Part shown: piece after piece, positions 21,025 through 32,371 of the stretch | Layout: every line of letters begins with the position of its first letter | How positions within the stretch are numbered: position 1 is the stretch's first letter | NCBI GenBank assembly: GCA_018062985.1 | Contig: JAGORE010000002.1 | Location: 9,571 to 73,570 of the forward strand | Direction of reading: 5' to 3' | Origin: Rickettsiales bacterium | Lineage (GTDB): Bacteria; Pseudomonadota; Alphaproteobacteria; Rickettsiales; JABSSG01 | DNA: 64,000 nt | The notes under the pieces: model-generated | Told to the model about the DNA's origin: nothing | The model's database searches: none | The model's input: only the letters and a program-made list of their open reading frames with translations | Program-made: the position numbers and the translations under genes

Positions 21025-21549
21025 ATGGATATACATATAGAACTTTTAGAAAAACTTCATTCTAAGGATTTATGCGATTTGTGTGATGCCACAGAAGCCA
21101 CAATGCTTGATACTCATGGCTTTAGCATGGGATTAAAACAATGGTCTCCACCACTAAGACATGAGCTGGAATCATATTTTAACGGCGTAATGTTAGTACC
21201 TGAAAGAAAGCTATTTGTTGGCAGAGTTGATAATACAATTGCAGGCTCTTTACAAGTTGTTACTCCTCATTTATCCAATCAAACATCTAATTTTGCTGTA
21301 TCAATTGATAATCATTTTGTAGCACCGTGGGCAAGAAACATAAAACTTGCGAGACAGTTACTAGAGCACGCCGAGAAATATGCTAAAGAAAAAAAATTTC
21401 AGGTGATTACATTAAGCGTACGTGAAAATAGAGAAGCAGCAATTGCTTTATACGAAAAATGCAATTACAAAAGATGGGGCTATTTAAGCCATTACGAAAT
21501 GAATGGACAAAACATAGTAGGGGGATATTTTTATGCAAAAACTCTTTAA
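21025..21549 (+). CDS. GNAT-family N-acetyltransferase
   Basis: 174 aa. The beta4-alpha3 region FVAPWARNIKLARQLLEHAEKYAKEKKFQVITLSVRENREAAIALYEKCNYKRWG fits the acetyl-CoA binding core. Confidence 0.6.
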   Translation: MDIHIELLEKLHSKDLCDLCDATEATMLDTHGFSMGLKQWSPPLRHELESYFNGVMLVPERKLFVGRVDNTIAGSLQVVTPHLSNQTSNFAVSIDNHFVAPWARNIKLARQLLEHAEKYAKEKKFQVITLSVRENREAAIALYEKCNYKRWGYLSHYEMNGQNIVGGYFYAKTL

Positions 21550-21931
21550 CCAAGATAAAAAAACAGATACCAAATATGATACAAATAATATCTTTGCAAA
21601 AATATTACGCAAAGAAATTCCATGTACAATAATATATGAGGATCAGCACGTACTATGTTTTGAAGATATATCACGTACAGCACCAATTCATTGGCTGGTC
21701 ATTCCCAAGAAACCTTATACAGATCTTTACCATTTTACTTCCGAAACTTCTCCTGAAGAAATTGCCAACTTCTTTTTATCGATCAATAAAATCATACAAA
21801 AACATAATCTAGACAAGCAAGGCTTTAGAATAGTGACAAATACTGGGGAAAATGGCGGACAATCGGTATTTCATTTTCATGTACATATTTTGTCTGGAAC
21901 TAAAATGAGAGAGCTTCATAAACAATCATAA
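21533..21931 (+). CDS. HIT-family (histidine triad) nucleotide hydrolase
   Basis: IFAKILRKEIPCTIIYEDQHVLCFEDI...HWLVIPK...GQSVFHFHVHILSG (HxHxHxx). 17-nt overlap with the GNAT gene. Confidence 0.9.
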   Translation: MQKLFNQDKKTDTKYDTNNIFAKILRKEIPCTIIYEDQHVLCFEDISRTAPIHWLVIPKKPYTDLYHFTSETSPEEIANFFLSINKIIQKHNLDKQGFRIVTNTGENGGQSVFHFHVHILSGTKMRELHKQS

Positions 21932-21963
21932 ATCACAACCTTAATCATTTAAAGAAAAATAAA

Positions 21964-22002
21964 AAGCCACAGAAAACAATTCCTGTGGCTTAATATTTTG
22001 TT
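21964..22002. terminator. bidirectional rho-independent terminator between HIT gene and groEL
   Basis: 9-bp perfect stem AAGCCACAG(21964-72)/CTGTGGCTT(21983-91). A-run upstream (T-run on the minus strand) and AATATTTTGTTT downstream. Confidence 0.6.
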
Positions 22003-22016
22003 TGTAGATGCAGAGA

Positions 22017-23696
<1,680 letters not shown>

Positions 23697-23699
23697 TTA

Positions 23700-23987
23700 T
23701 TAACCTAAGATACCGATAATATCTGACTCTTTCATAATCAAAAGTTTCTTACCATCAATTTCCACTTCTGTGCCAGACCATTTTCCAAAAATAACTTTAT
23801 CACCAACTTTAACATCTAGTGGAATAACATTGCCTTTGTCATCTTTAGAACCTTTACCTACGGCCATAACTTTTCCTTTGACCGGTTTTTCTTTAGCCGA
23901 ATCTGGAATAATAATTCCACCAGCTGTTTTGTTTTCTTGCGCCTCTAGCTCAACTGCCACTCTATCATGTAACGGTTTTATCATCAT
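23700..23987 (-). CDS. groS: co-chaperonin GroES
   Basis: 95 aa. [10 protein letters not shown]...[22 protein letters not shown]. 30 nt upstream of groEL. Confidence 0.96.
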   Translation of the reverse strand: MMIKPLHDRVAVELEAQENKTAGGIIIPDSAKEKPVKGKVMAVGKGSKDDKGNVIPLDVKVGDKVIFGKWSGTEVEIDGKKLLIMKESDIIGILG

Positions 23988-24026
23988 AAACTCTCCCTTG
24001 TTTAGTTAAATATATAATCTAGTGAG

Positions 24027-24057
24027 AGATATAAGTAAGTGCTTGACGTATTTCAAG
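24027..24057 (-). promoter_or_regulatory. candidate RpoH (sigma-32)-type promoter for groES-groEL
   Basis: On the minus strand: CTTGAAA (24057-24051), then 15 nt, then CTTATATCT (24035-27), against the consensus CTTGAAA-N13-17-CCCCATnT. Lies ~35-40 nt upstream of the groES ATG. No CIRCE inverted repeat was found. Confidence 0.35.
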
Positions 24058-24097
24058 AGGATGATACAAAATAAAATATATTTTATTAAAACATTAT

Positions 24098-25072
24098 ATG
24101 CATAACATAAGACCTAGACGACTACGAGCCAACAATCAGATACGAAACCTTGTGGCAGAAACACAATTAGGCATCAAAGATTTCGTGATGCCCATCTTTA
24201 TCAAAGAAGGAAATAATATCAAAACACCAATAAAATCAATGCCTGGAATATTTCAGTATAGTATCGATAAACTATCTGAAGAAATCGAAGAAATTATATC
24301 ACTAGGCATAACTACAGTTTTATTGTTCGGTATTCCAAAAGAAAAAGATTATAAAGGCTCTTCAGCACTCGGAAAAAATGCTATTGTCCAAAAAGCAATC
24401 AAATGGATTAAAGCCAACTATCCAGAACTCATTATAATTTCTGATCTTTGTCTTTGTGACTATACAGACCACGGTCATTGCGGAGTTTTAGATTCAAAAA
24501 CAAAAATTGTCGACAACGACAAGACTCTAGAAATTTTTGCAAAACAAGCAGTAGAGCATGCCGAAGCTGGTAGTGATATCGTGGCGCCAAGCTCAATGAT
24601 GGATAACGTAATCGGCACACTGAGAACAGCACTAGACAAAAATGGCTTTATCAATACTTCCATCATGAGTTATTCAACAAAATATGCCTCATCTTTTTAT
24701 GGACCATTCCGTGAAGCATTAGAGGTGTCTTTAGCTTTTGGTGATAGAAAACAATATCAAATGGATTATAGAAATTCTGATGAAGCATTAAAAGAAACTG
24801 CCATCGATATTGAACAAGGTGCCGACTTCATCATGGTAAAACCAGCTCATACTTATCTTGATATTATTTACAAAATCAAACAAAACTTTCCCGATACACC
24901 TCTTGCTGCTTATCATGTTAGTGGTGAATATGCTATGCTTAAAGCTGCTGCACAAAATGGCTGGCTAGATGAAACTGCTACAATGCAAGAAGTGCTCACA
25001 GGTATAAAACGTGCTGGCGCTGATATTATTATTAGCTATTTCAGTAAAGACATAGCCAAGCTAATAAAATAA
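24098..25072 (+). CDS. hemB: porphobilinogen synthase (delta-aminolevulinate dehydratase)
   Basis: RPRRLR, DLCLCDYTDHGHCG, VAPSSMMD, active-site Lys context IMVKPA, YHVSGEYAM. Confidence 0.95.
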   Translation: MHNIRPRRLRANNQIRNLVAETQLGIKDFVMPIFIKEGNNIKTPIKSMPGIFQYSIDKLSEEIEEIISLGITTVLLFGIPKEKDYKGSSALGKNAIVQKAIKWIKANYPELIIISDLCLCDYTDHGHCGVLDSKTKIVDNDKTLEIFAKQAVEHAEAGSDIVAPSSMMDNVIGTLRTALDKNGFINTSIMSYSTKYASSFYGPFREALEVSLAFGDRKQYQMDYRNSDEALKETAIDIEQGADFIMVKPAHTYLDIIYKIKQNFPDTPLAAYHVSGEYAMLKAAAQNGWLDETATMQEVLTGIKRAGADIIISYFSKDIAKLIK

Positions 25073-25073
25073 C

Positions 25074-27971
25074 TTATCTAGCAGTCTGCGCACCACTACT
25101 ACGTGTTCTCTGTTTATGCTCATCCGTGAATCGTGCTGTCTGAGGAACTGACGGCATAGAAACTGATAATGACCTCCTTAAGCCAACTGCCTTTTGTACT
25201 TCCATTACCGCAGCCACAGATCGTGAAAACCCATCTGCAATATAGTCAGCAACATTAACATCTGTTACCTCACCCTTTCTTTCACGAATAGCAGCTTCGG
25301 TTTTCTTACCAGTAGCACCAACCTCTACTATTTGCTCTAATTTTGTTGCAATACCTTTAGCATGCTCTTGAAGAGAATGTTCGAAAGACTGCATGATTGA
25401 TTCTCTATCCCTCCTTAGGGCACCATAAGACAAATCTCTATCTTCAAGTGCTTTACATGCCTGATCAGCAATTTCAGCAGCCATTACATCTCTCTCAAAA
25501 TGATACTCCCCACTGCCAACCAACGCACCAACACCTGTTTTCTTTACGGCACTTACAGTCTCTTTGACATGTTGCTCCATTTGTTGCCTGAACTCCGACA
25601 AAAGCACTGCTCTTTCTGATTCAATATCAACATTTTCTTCTAACTTCTCAGATATTTTTTTAACAAAATTGCTAGTCACCCCAGCACATTCTGAAGACCA
25701 TCTATCCTTTATAGCCTCAAAATCCTGGTCTTGATTTTCTTTTTTATCTAAAAAATATTTAACAGCATCTTTGTTGACTTGTACCTGATCTTTTACAACT
25801 TCAACCAATGCTTCTCTGTTGTTATAAAGCATTTCTGTAGTGATTTTTGGATCACGCATCAATCGTACCTTGATCTCTTCTAACATTTTCTCTACCACAG
25901 CGTCTCTTTGTTTGTCATGCCATTCTCGAGTGAACCAAGTAGCCGCTTTAACCCCTCCTTGTTGAGAGTCTTTTAACATACCCCTGATATCGTCCATTAC
26001 ATTATCAACAGCCCCTTCTTTTTCTTCTGTAGACTCAAACTTCATAGAGTCTTGCGCAACTTTCTCGGCAATAGGCACCTCTTTAAAACCTTTTGCATCA
26101 TCAACATCTGCACTTTGGCCAAACCATTTATCTCTATGTGCTTGTAAAAATGCTCTAAGCGGGACATCTTGTGTTTTAGATGCTTTGTCAAATTCTTTTA
26201 AGAACATGTCATGATTTTTTTTGATTTGTTCTGCAGTCAGATCTTTAGGCAAATTCTCCATAGCTTTATCAACAATATGTTCAACTAATTTATCTCTATA
26301 TTCAGTATAGATTTTATATGAGCTAGCTTCAGGTGGAATACGTTCTTTTATTTGCGCCAACATTGCCTCACGCAATGCTTCTCTTGCTAACTCTTCTTTG
26401 CATTCTTTCCATACCGAATCAGCAACAGCCTTTCCTATTCCTAGTTCATCCAATCTACTTCTTACATGCTCAGGATTACCTAAAGATTCTGGTGCTGATA
26501 GTACTTCCTGAACGTTACCATTTTTCTTAAGAACCGCATCATAAACAGCATTTAAGATTTTATCTCTGTGCCTCTCTAACGCCGATTCCGAGATCCCTTT
26601 TGTAGAAAATTCATCCATCAAAGAAACAGTAATCTGATCAACAGCTACCTTTTGCTCTGTATCATATTGGCCACTATGAACTAATGGGACACTGTACCCC
26701 CAGACTCCCTTCTTCTGAATGGCTTGAATATTATCAGAGACAATTGCTTTTAAAGCATCTGGAAATTTCTTGTGCTTGTATCTTGCTAGATCTAAATGAC
26801 CCATTTCTTTTACATCTTCTGCTACACCAAACACTTCTCTAATATCCGCTACTTTTTCAGAAACCCTAGAACGATTATCAGCGGAATTAAATACAAAAAA
26901 CGGAGGCTCTTGAGATTCTGACACCATTGTACCTAATAACTCTTCCATATTACTAATTTGTGATACCCCTCGCGCTCCTTCAACACCAGAAACTAAAACA
27001 CCATTTTTAAATTCAAGCACATCAAATGACTCCTCTTCACCTTCTGGAACCTGACGATTAATTTGAATAATCCCGGTAAAATTCTTACCCGGAACAACTG
27101 TATATTTTCCTCCATCTACTTCTTGTACATCTACGCTATCATGTTTATCAACAGACATTAAGTACTTCCCAGCTTCTGGCACCACTTCTTCAAGGCCTTG
27201 AATAGCTTTTACAACTTCTCGTTCTAATAACTCTCTCTGTCTATCGTCACTTACAAACTCATGAAATGATGTCATCATCTCTGGCATTTTACGTGCTTCC
27301 GCCACACCAATAGGTTGTCTTTCAGCAGCAACATTAGCGCCTTCAGATTGAGCATCACTAAGTTCTCGCTTAGCAGACTTATGTAAACTAGGAATAAATA
27401 CTTGATCAGCCAAAAAAGAGCCAGCACTTCTTCGTACTTCTATTTCTGGGGCACTCTCTGTCTCCATGGCAACTTTTTCTAAATTCTGTGATAACAGCTT
27501 ATCTTGAGCAACTAAAAACTCATACTTTGCTTCTGGAGTTGTACGCGCTGCTAACTCCTCATTTAAATCAGAAACCAATTGTTCTAAATTACTTTCACCT
27601 TGCATTTCTTTCGCAAACATTTCAGCGACAAGAAGCTTTGTTGAAAAATCTGTGTTTTCTAGATGATGATCAAGTTGCTGCAAATTAAGACCCTCTAGAG
27701 TTTCTTGATCATCGTTAAAACGCGCATTAAGAATATTAGAGAAAGTCATTAGTCCTCTTATACTTTCTGGATCAGAAGTAATAGTGTCTCGACCAACATG
27801 CAACGCTATCACATCCGCAATAATTTCACGATCAGCATCGGATAATGAAGAAATATTTTTCTCAAAAGCACCTATCGATTCAACTTCTGTCTCTGAAGGT
27901 TCTAATGGCACTCCTTCTGGCGCTTCCCAATTTTCTTTTATTAATTCTACTAAACTCGTTGGCACAAACAC
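25074..27971 (-). CDS. 965-aa acidic hypothetical protein (orphan; candidate secreted/translocated protein)
   Basis: Long uninterrupted ORF with a GTG start in the track. No TM segment, signal peptide or recognisable enzymatic motif. E/D/V/A-rich with a basic C-terminal tail ...RFTDEHKQRTRSSGAQTAR. Confidence 0.7.
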   Translation of the reverse strand: MFVPTSLVELIKENWEAPEGVPLEPSETEVESIGAFEKNISSLSDADREIIADVIALHVGRDTITSDPESIRGLMTFSNILNARFNDDQETLEGLNLQQLDHHLENTDFSTKLLVAEMFAKEMQGESNLEQLVSDLNEELAARTTPEAKYEFLVAQDKLLSQNLEKVAMETESAPEIEVRRSAGSFLADQVFIPSLHKSAKRELSDAQSEGANVAAERQPIGVAEARKMPEMMTSFHEFVSDDRQRELLEREVVKAIQGLEEVVPEAGKYLMSVDKHDSVDVQEVDGGKYTVVPGKNFTGIIQINRQVPEGEEESFDVLEFKNGVLVSGVEGARGVSQISNMEELLGTMVSESQEPPFFVFNSADNRSRVSEKVADIREVFGVAEDVKEMGHLDLARYKHKKFPDALKAIVSDNIQAIQKKGVWGYSVPLVHSGQYDTEQKVAVDQITVSLMDEFSTKGISESALERHRDKILNAVYDAVLKKNGNVQEVLSAPESLGNPEHVRSRLDELGIGKAVADSVWKECKEELAREALREAMLAQIKERIPPEASSYKIYTEYRDKLVEHIVDKAMENLPKDLTAEQIKKNHDMFLKEFDKASKTQDVPLRAFLQAHRDKWFGQSADVDDAKGFKEVPIAEKVAQDSMKFESTEEKEGAVDNVMDDIRGMLKDSQQGGVKAATWFTREWHDKQRDAVVEKMLEEIKVRLMRDPKITTEMLYNNREALVEVVKDQVQVNKDAVKYFLDKKENQDQDFEAIKDRWSSECAGVTSNFVKKISEKLEENVDIESERAVLLSEFRQQMEQHVKETVSAVKKTGVGALVGSGEYHFERDVMAAEIADQACKALEDRDLSYGALRRDRESIMQSFEHSLQEHAKGIATKLEQIVEVGATGKKTEAAIRERKGEVTDVNVADYIADGFSRSVAAVMEVQKAVGLRRSLSVSMPSVPQTARFTDEHKQRTRSSGAQTAR

Positions 27972-28064
27972 CTCTAGTTACTACAAAATATTATTTCATG
28001 GTAGCTAGGGACACTTAAGAAAAAGTTAAGAAACATACAAAAATAAAAGTTTTTTATATACTTC

Positions 28065-28093
28065 TTGAACTTTGGATAACATCAAAGTATCTT
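28065..28093 (+). promoter_or_regulatory. candidate sigma-70 promoter for the peroxiredoxin gene
   Basis: TTGAAC (28065-70), 17 nt, TATCTT (28088-93), ~37 nt upstream of the ATG at 28130. RBS AAGAGG at 28119-24. Confidence 0.3.
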
Positions 28094-28129
28094 TCACTGA
28101 CTGATAATTTTAATAATTAAGAGGTTGAG

Positions 28130-28732
28130 ATGAGTGTATTAGTAGGAAGAGCCGCGCCAGATTTTAAAGCAACTGCAGTAATGTCAGATAATGAAATTAG
28201 AGACAATTTTTCCTTGCATAGCTACTTAGATGGCAGTATCGGTGTATTATTCTTTTATCCTTTAGATTTTACATTTGTCTGTCCTTCAGAAATAATAGCA
28301 TTTAACAACAGAGTTGCAGATTTTGCATCTCGTGGAGTAAAAGTAATTGGAATAAGTGTTGACTCACACTTTACCCATCTCGCTTGGAAAAAAACACCAG
28401 TAGCTAAAGGGGGTATTGGCGACATTCAATTTCCATTAGTTGCAGATATTACCAAAGATATAGCGAAAGCATATGATGTGTTAATCAATAACGCTGTGTC
28501 TTTAAGAGGCACCTTCATTATAGATAAAGATGGCCGTGTTCGTAGCCAGTTAGTCAACGACCTACCTATAGGACGCAATATAGACGACACTCTACGTACA
28601 GTTGATGCGCTTATCTTCCATCAAGAAAATGGCGAAGTATGTCCAGCAGGTTGGAATAAAGGCAAAAGCGCCATGAAACCAACAGCTGATGGGGTTGCAG
28701 ATTATCTAGCTTCTAACGCAGACAAACTATAA
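28130..28732 (+). CDS. ahpC: 2-Cys peroxiredoxin (AhpC/Tsa family)
   Basis: FFYPLDFTFVCPSEI (peroxidatic Cys) and EVCPAGW (resolving Cys). 200 aa. Confidence 0.9.
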   Translation: MSVLVGRAAPDFKATAVMSDNEIRDNFSLHSYLDGSIGVLFFYPLDFTFVCPSEIIAFNNRVADFASRGVKVIGISVDSHFTHLAWKKTPVAKGGIGDIQFPLVADITKDIAKAYDVLINNAVSLRGTFIIDKDGRVRSQLVNDLPIGRNIDDTLRTVDALIFHQENGEVCPAGWNKGKSAMKPTADGVADYLASNADKL

Positions 28733-28746
28733 AATTTGAAACTATG

Positions 28747-28780
28747 ACCGTAACTCCAGTAGAGTTACGGTTTTCTTCTT
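28747..28780 (+). terminator. rho-independent terminator after peroxiredoxin gene
   Basis: 10-bp perfect stem ACCGTAACTC(28747-56)/GAGTTACGGT(28762-71), 5-nt loop, followed by TTTTCTTCTT. Confidence 0.6.
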
Positions 28781-29881
28781 ATGTATCAAGATATATCAAA
28801 ACAAACACTAGACACCCTAAGACTGATCAGATCCGATAACATCGGACCAAAAACTTTCTGCGATCTAATCAAAATTTTTGGTACACCAACAAAAGCACTA
28901 GAGCATATTCAAAACAAAAAAAATACCACCTCAAAAATCAAACTTGCTGCCGAAGCAGAAATACAAGAAGAAATAGAAAAAATACATAACAATAATGCCT
29001 TTATACTTTCTTGCTTTGATCGAGACTTTCCAGAGTTGCTTAAGGAAACACCAGGGTACCCACCAATAATTACAATCAAAGGTAGAATAGATTTATTGAA
29101 GCAAGATAAAATTGCAATTGTAGGCTCAAGAAACGCCTCAACCAATGGTATGAATTTTGCTTACCAAATAGCACAGGAATTATCTCAATATGTGATATGC
29201 TCAGGATTAGCAAGGGGCATTGATACCTATGCACATATGGGAAGTATTAAAAATGGTACAATTGCTGTAATTGCTGGAGGCATAGACAATATCTATCCCC
29301 CAGAGAATAAAAAATTGTATGAAGAAATCACAACAGAAGGGCTGTTGATAACTGAATCAGCATTTGGTACAGTGCCAAAACCACAGAATTTTCCAAGCAG
29401 AAACCGTATTATTTCTGGACTGTCACTAGCAACAATTATTGTAGAAGCCAATATTAAATCCGGTTCTTTGATTACAGCAAAATTTGCGTTAGAACAAAAC
29501 AGAGAAATTTTTGCCGTACCAGGATTCCCTCTCGATCAAAGATATTCTGGCACTAATAAATTAATTAAAGAAGGGGCCCATCTATTTGAATCCGTGGCAG
29601 ATGTAAAAAATGTCCTTGAAGGTTTTCAAACACAACACCCAAAACACAACCCCCAAATAGAGTTGTTTGAATACGATACATTCACAGAATCTGATTGTCT
29701 CGATAGTAACACCATAAGAAACGAAGTCCTAAAAAGCCTAACAACAACCCCTACATCTTTTGATAATTTAGCAAGAATTTTACATTTTCCTAGAAAATTA
29801 TTACACTTAACAATAGTAGAACTTGAACTTGAAGGAAATATAAAGAGAATAGGCCTGAATCATTTTATAACAATTTTATAA
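28781..29881 (+). CDS. dprA: DNA-processing protein DprA
   Basis: IAIVGSRNAS..., SGLARGIDTYAH, IAVIAGGIDNIYPPEN, SRNRIISGLS. Conserved position upstream of topA. Confidence 0.9.
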   Translation: MYQDISKQTLDTLRLIRSDNIGPKTFCDLIKIFGTPTKALEHIQNKKNTTSKIKLAAEAEIQEEIEKIHNNNAFILSCFDRDFPELLKETPGYPPIITIKGRIDLLKQDKIAIVGSRNASTNGMNFAYQIAQELSQYVICSGLARGIDTYAHMGSIKNGTIAVIAGGIDNIYPPENKKLYEEITTEGLLITESAFGTVPKPQNFPSRNRIISGLSLATIIVEANIKSGSLITAKFALEQNREIFAVPGFPLDQRYSGTNKLIKEGAHLFESVADVKNVLEGFQTQHPKHNPQIELFEYDTFTESDCLDSNTIRNEVLKSLTTTPTSFDNLARILHFPRKLLHLTIVELELEGNIKRIGLNHFITIL

Positions 29882-29895
29882 ACAGCTAAAATTAT

Positions 29896-32370
29896 ATGGA
29901 TTTAGTCATTGTTGAGTCACCTGCAAAAGCAAAAACTATAAATAAATATCTTGGAAAAGATTTTAAAGTTGTTTCTTCTTTCGGACATATTAGAGATTTA
30001 CCTTCAAAAAATGGTTCAGTGTTACCAGAAGAAAATTTCAAGATGATTTATGACATAAACAAAGGCTCTAATAAACACGTTACAGACATAGTATCGTCTG
30101 CAAAAAATGCTAAAAATATATACTTAGCAAGCGATCCTGATCGAGAAGGAGAAGCCATTGCTTGGCATGTTGTCGAGATCTTAAAAAGCAAAAAAGGGCT
30201 TAATAAAGACACTAAATTTCAAAGAATATCTTTTCATGAGATCACTAAAAAAGCAGTAACCGATGCTATAAAACAGCCAAGAGATATAAACATGGATTTG
30301 GTTAATGCTCAACAAGCACGCCGTGCCCTAGATTATTTAGTTGGGTTTAACTTATCACCGATCTTATGGCGTAAATTACCTGGCAGCCGGTCTGCAGGCC
30401 GCGTACAATCTGTAGCATTACGCTTAATATGTGACCGCGAAGAAGAAATAGAAAAATTTATATCACAAGAATATTGGACAATTACGTGCGAGTTTCAAAA
30501 AGACAAACATAAGTTTGAAGCAACTATTCATCAAATCGATGGCAAAAAAATTGAAAAATTTTCTTTTCCCAACAAAGAAGAAGCTGACAAAATAGTTGCC
30601 CTACTAGACAACAAACAATATCACGTCTCTTCCATAGAAAAAAAACAACAGTCTAGGAACCCCTTTCCTCCCTTTATGACCTCAACGCTACAACAAGATG
30701 CATCAAATAAATTAGGTTTTAGCGCCAAAAAAACCATGCAGATAGCTCAAAAACTCTATGAAGGCATCAATATCAATGGCGAGAATAAAGCTTTAATTAC
30801 ATATATGAGAACTGATAGTATCAATCTTTCAAAAGATGCTATTTCCAGCCTAAGATCTTTCATAGCCGAAAATTTTTCTGATAAATATTTACCAAAAACA
30901 GAAAGAACATATCAAAAGAAAGTCAAGAACGCTCAAGAAGCACACGAAGCCATTAGACCAATTGATGTTACCGTTACTCCTAAAGACATAGAAAATTTCA
31001 TCGAAAAAGATTTCTTAAAACTATACGACCTTATTTGGAAACGCACAGTCGCTTCACAAATGGAAAGTGCTATTTTTGATCAAGTCAATGTATTTATTGA
31101 TTCAGAAGGCCTGAAAGCCACCTTAAAAGCAGCAGGCTCTACCTTGGCATTTGATGGCTATCAGAAAGTATATAATGAAAATCTGACCGACAAAAAAGAG
31201 GAAAAGAAAAATGTCATTCCTCCTCTTAAAGAAAAAGATGCGTTAGATTTAAACCAAATTTTACCAGAACAGCATTTTACAGAACCACCTGCTCGCTATT
31301 CAGAAGCAAGCCTTGTCAAAAAATTAGAAGAACTAGGAATAGGCAGACCCTCAACTTATGCTTCTATTATTTCAGTACTCCAAGACAGAGAATATGTAGT
31401 CCTACAAAATAAAAAATTTATACCTGAAGAGCGCGGAAGATGGGTCACTGCATTTTTGGTAAGTTTCTTTAATAAATACGTTGAATATGATTTTACTGCT
31501 ACACTAGAAGATGATCTAGACGAGGTTTCACACGGCAAAATTAATTGGAAAGATTTATTAGAAAATTTCTGGAAACCATTCGAAGCAAATGTAAATGAAG
31601 TAAGCAAATACAAGTATGAAACCGTTATTGAAAAAATGGAACACATACTAGACTCACATATCTTCAAATATAATAAAGATAGCGCCAATCCAAAAGAGTG
31701 TCCTCACTGCAAGACAGGAAAACTGAGCTTAAGAATAGGAAAATATGGGCCATATATTTCTTGTTCTAGATATCCAGACTGCCAATATACACATAAATTA
31801 GGCATAGAAGCCAGCGAAGAAATTAGTGACGAAGTAGATGGTTTTTCACCAAAGATTCTAGGAAAAAACGAATCTAACGACAAAGATATCCATCTAAAAA
31901 AAGGACCATATGGAATATATGTACAGCTCGGAGAAGACCAAGATAAAGACAAAAAAAGAATGACCATTCCTAAGAATATACATATAGATGATGTAGATTT
32001 AAAATTCGCACAAACACTTTTATCTTTTCCAAAAGAAATTGGTACAAATCCAGAAAATAACAAACCAATAACTGCTGCAATCGGCAAATTTGGTCCATAT
32101 ATTTCTTGCAATGGTAAAAATTCTTCTATCGATGGTGGCGTTACAGCTCTCTTCAAACTATCTCTTGAAGAGGCCATAAGGATCTTAAATAAAAAAGACA
32201 ACAACACTCTTGGTCAATACAAAGATAAAGATATTGCTGTAAAACAAGGAAAATTCGGTCCTTACATAAAATATGATAATCAAAATATTAAAATTCCTAG
32301 AACTGTAGATTCTGCTAATCTCACATTAGAAGAAGCAACAAAACTAGTCGAAAATCATCTAAAAAAATAA
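29896..32370 (+). CDS. topA: DNA topoisomerase I
   Basis: 824 aa. TOPRIM MDLVIVESPAKAKTI...DPDREGEAIAWH, active-site region YMRTDS, one CxxC...CxxC zinc ribbon (CPHCKTG...CSRYPDC), then degenerate GKFGPYI repeats. Confidence 0.95.
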   Translation: MDLVIVESPAKAKTINKYLGKDFKVVSSFGHIRDLPSKNGSVLPEENFKMIYDINKGSNKHVTDIVSSAKNAKNIYLASDPDREGEAIAWHVVEILKSKKGLNKDTKFQRISFHEITKKAVTDAIKQPRDINMDLVNAQQARRALDYLVGFNLSPILWRKLPGSRSAGRVQSVALRLICDREEEIEKFISQEYWTITCEFQKDKHKFEATIHQIDGKKIEKFSFPNKEEADKIVALLDNKQYHVSSIEKKQQSRNPFPPFMTSTLQQDASNKLGFSAKKTMQIAQKLYEGININGENKALITYMRTDSINLSKDAISSLRSFIAENFSDKYLPKTERTYQKKVKNAQEAHEAIRPIDVTVTPKDIENFIEKDFLKLYDLIWKRTVASQMESAIFDQVNVFIDSEGLKATLKAAGSTLAFDGYQKVYNENLTDKKEEKKNVIPPLKEKDALDLNQILPEQHFTEPPARYSEASLVKKLEELGIGRPSTYASIISVLQDREYVVLQNKKFIPEERGRWVTAFLVSFFNKYVEYDFTATLEDDLDEVSHGKINWKDLLENFWKPFEANVNEVSKYKYETVIEKMEHILDSHIFKYNKDSANPKECPHCKTGKLSLRIGKYGPYISCSRYPDCQYTHKLGIEASEEISDEVDGFSPKILGKNESNDKDIHLKKGPYGIYVQLGEDQDKDKKRMTIPKNIHIDDVDLKFAQTLLSFPKEIGTNPENNKPITAAIGKFGPYISCNGKNSSIDGGVTALFKLSLEEAIRILNKKDNNTLGQYKDKDIAVKQGKFGPYIKYDNQNIKIPRTVDSANLTLEEATKLVENHLKK

Positions 32371-32371
32371 A

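Noticed and set aside
21025-21549. GNAT acetyltransferase, considered as a possible GNAT-type toxin of a toxin-antitoxin pair.
   Set aside because: No small RHH/DUF1778-type antitoxin gene is adjacent. The neighbours are DUF2628 and a HIT hydrolase with ordinary operon-like overlap.
23988-24097. CIRCE operator search upstream of groES.
   Set aside because: The closest string (CTAGTGAGAG...AGTGCTTGA) mismatches most CIRCE positions. This is reported only as an absence.
31704-32207. 167-aa ORF antisense to topA. Similar long antisense ORFs occur at 60494..60964, 5794..6228, 9276..9623, 31356..31688 and 63299..63643.
   Set aside because: Each lies entirely inside a well-supported conserved gene on the other strand. 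Each has low-complexity S/L/F/I-rich composition and no motifs. They are classic shadow ORFs.
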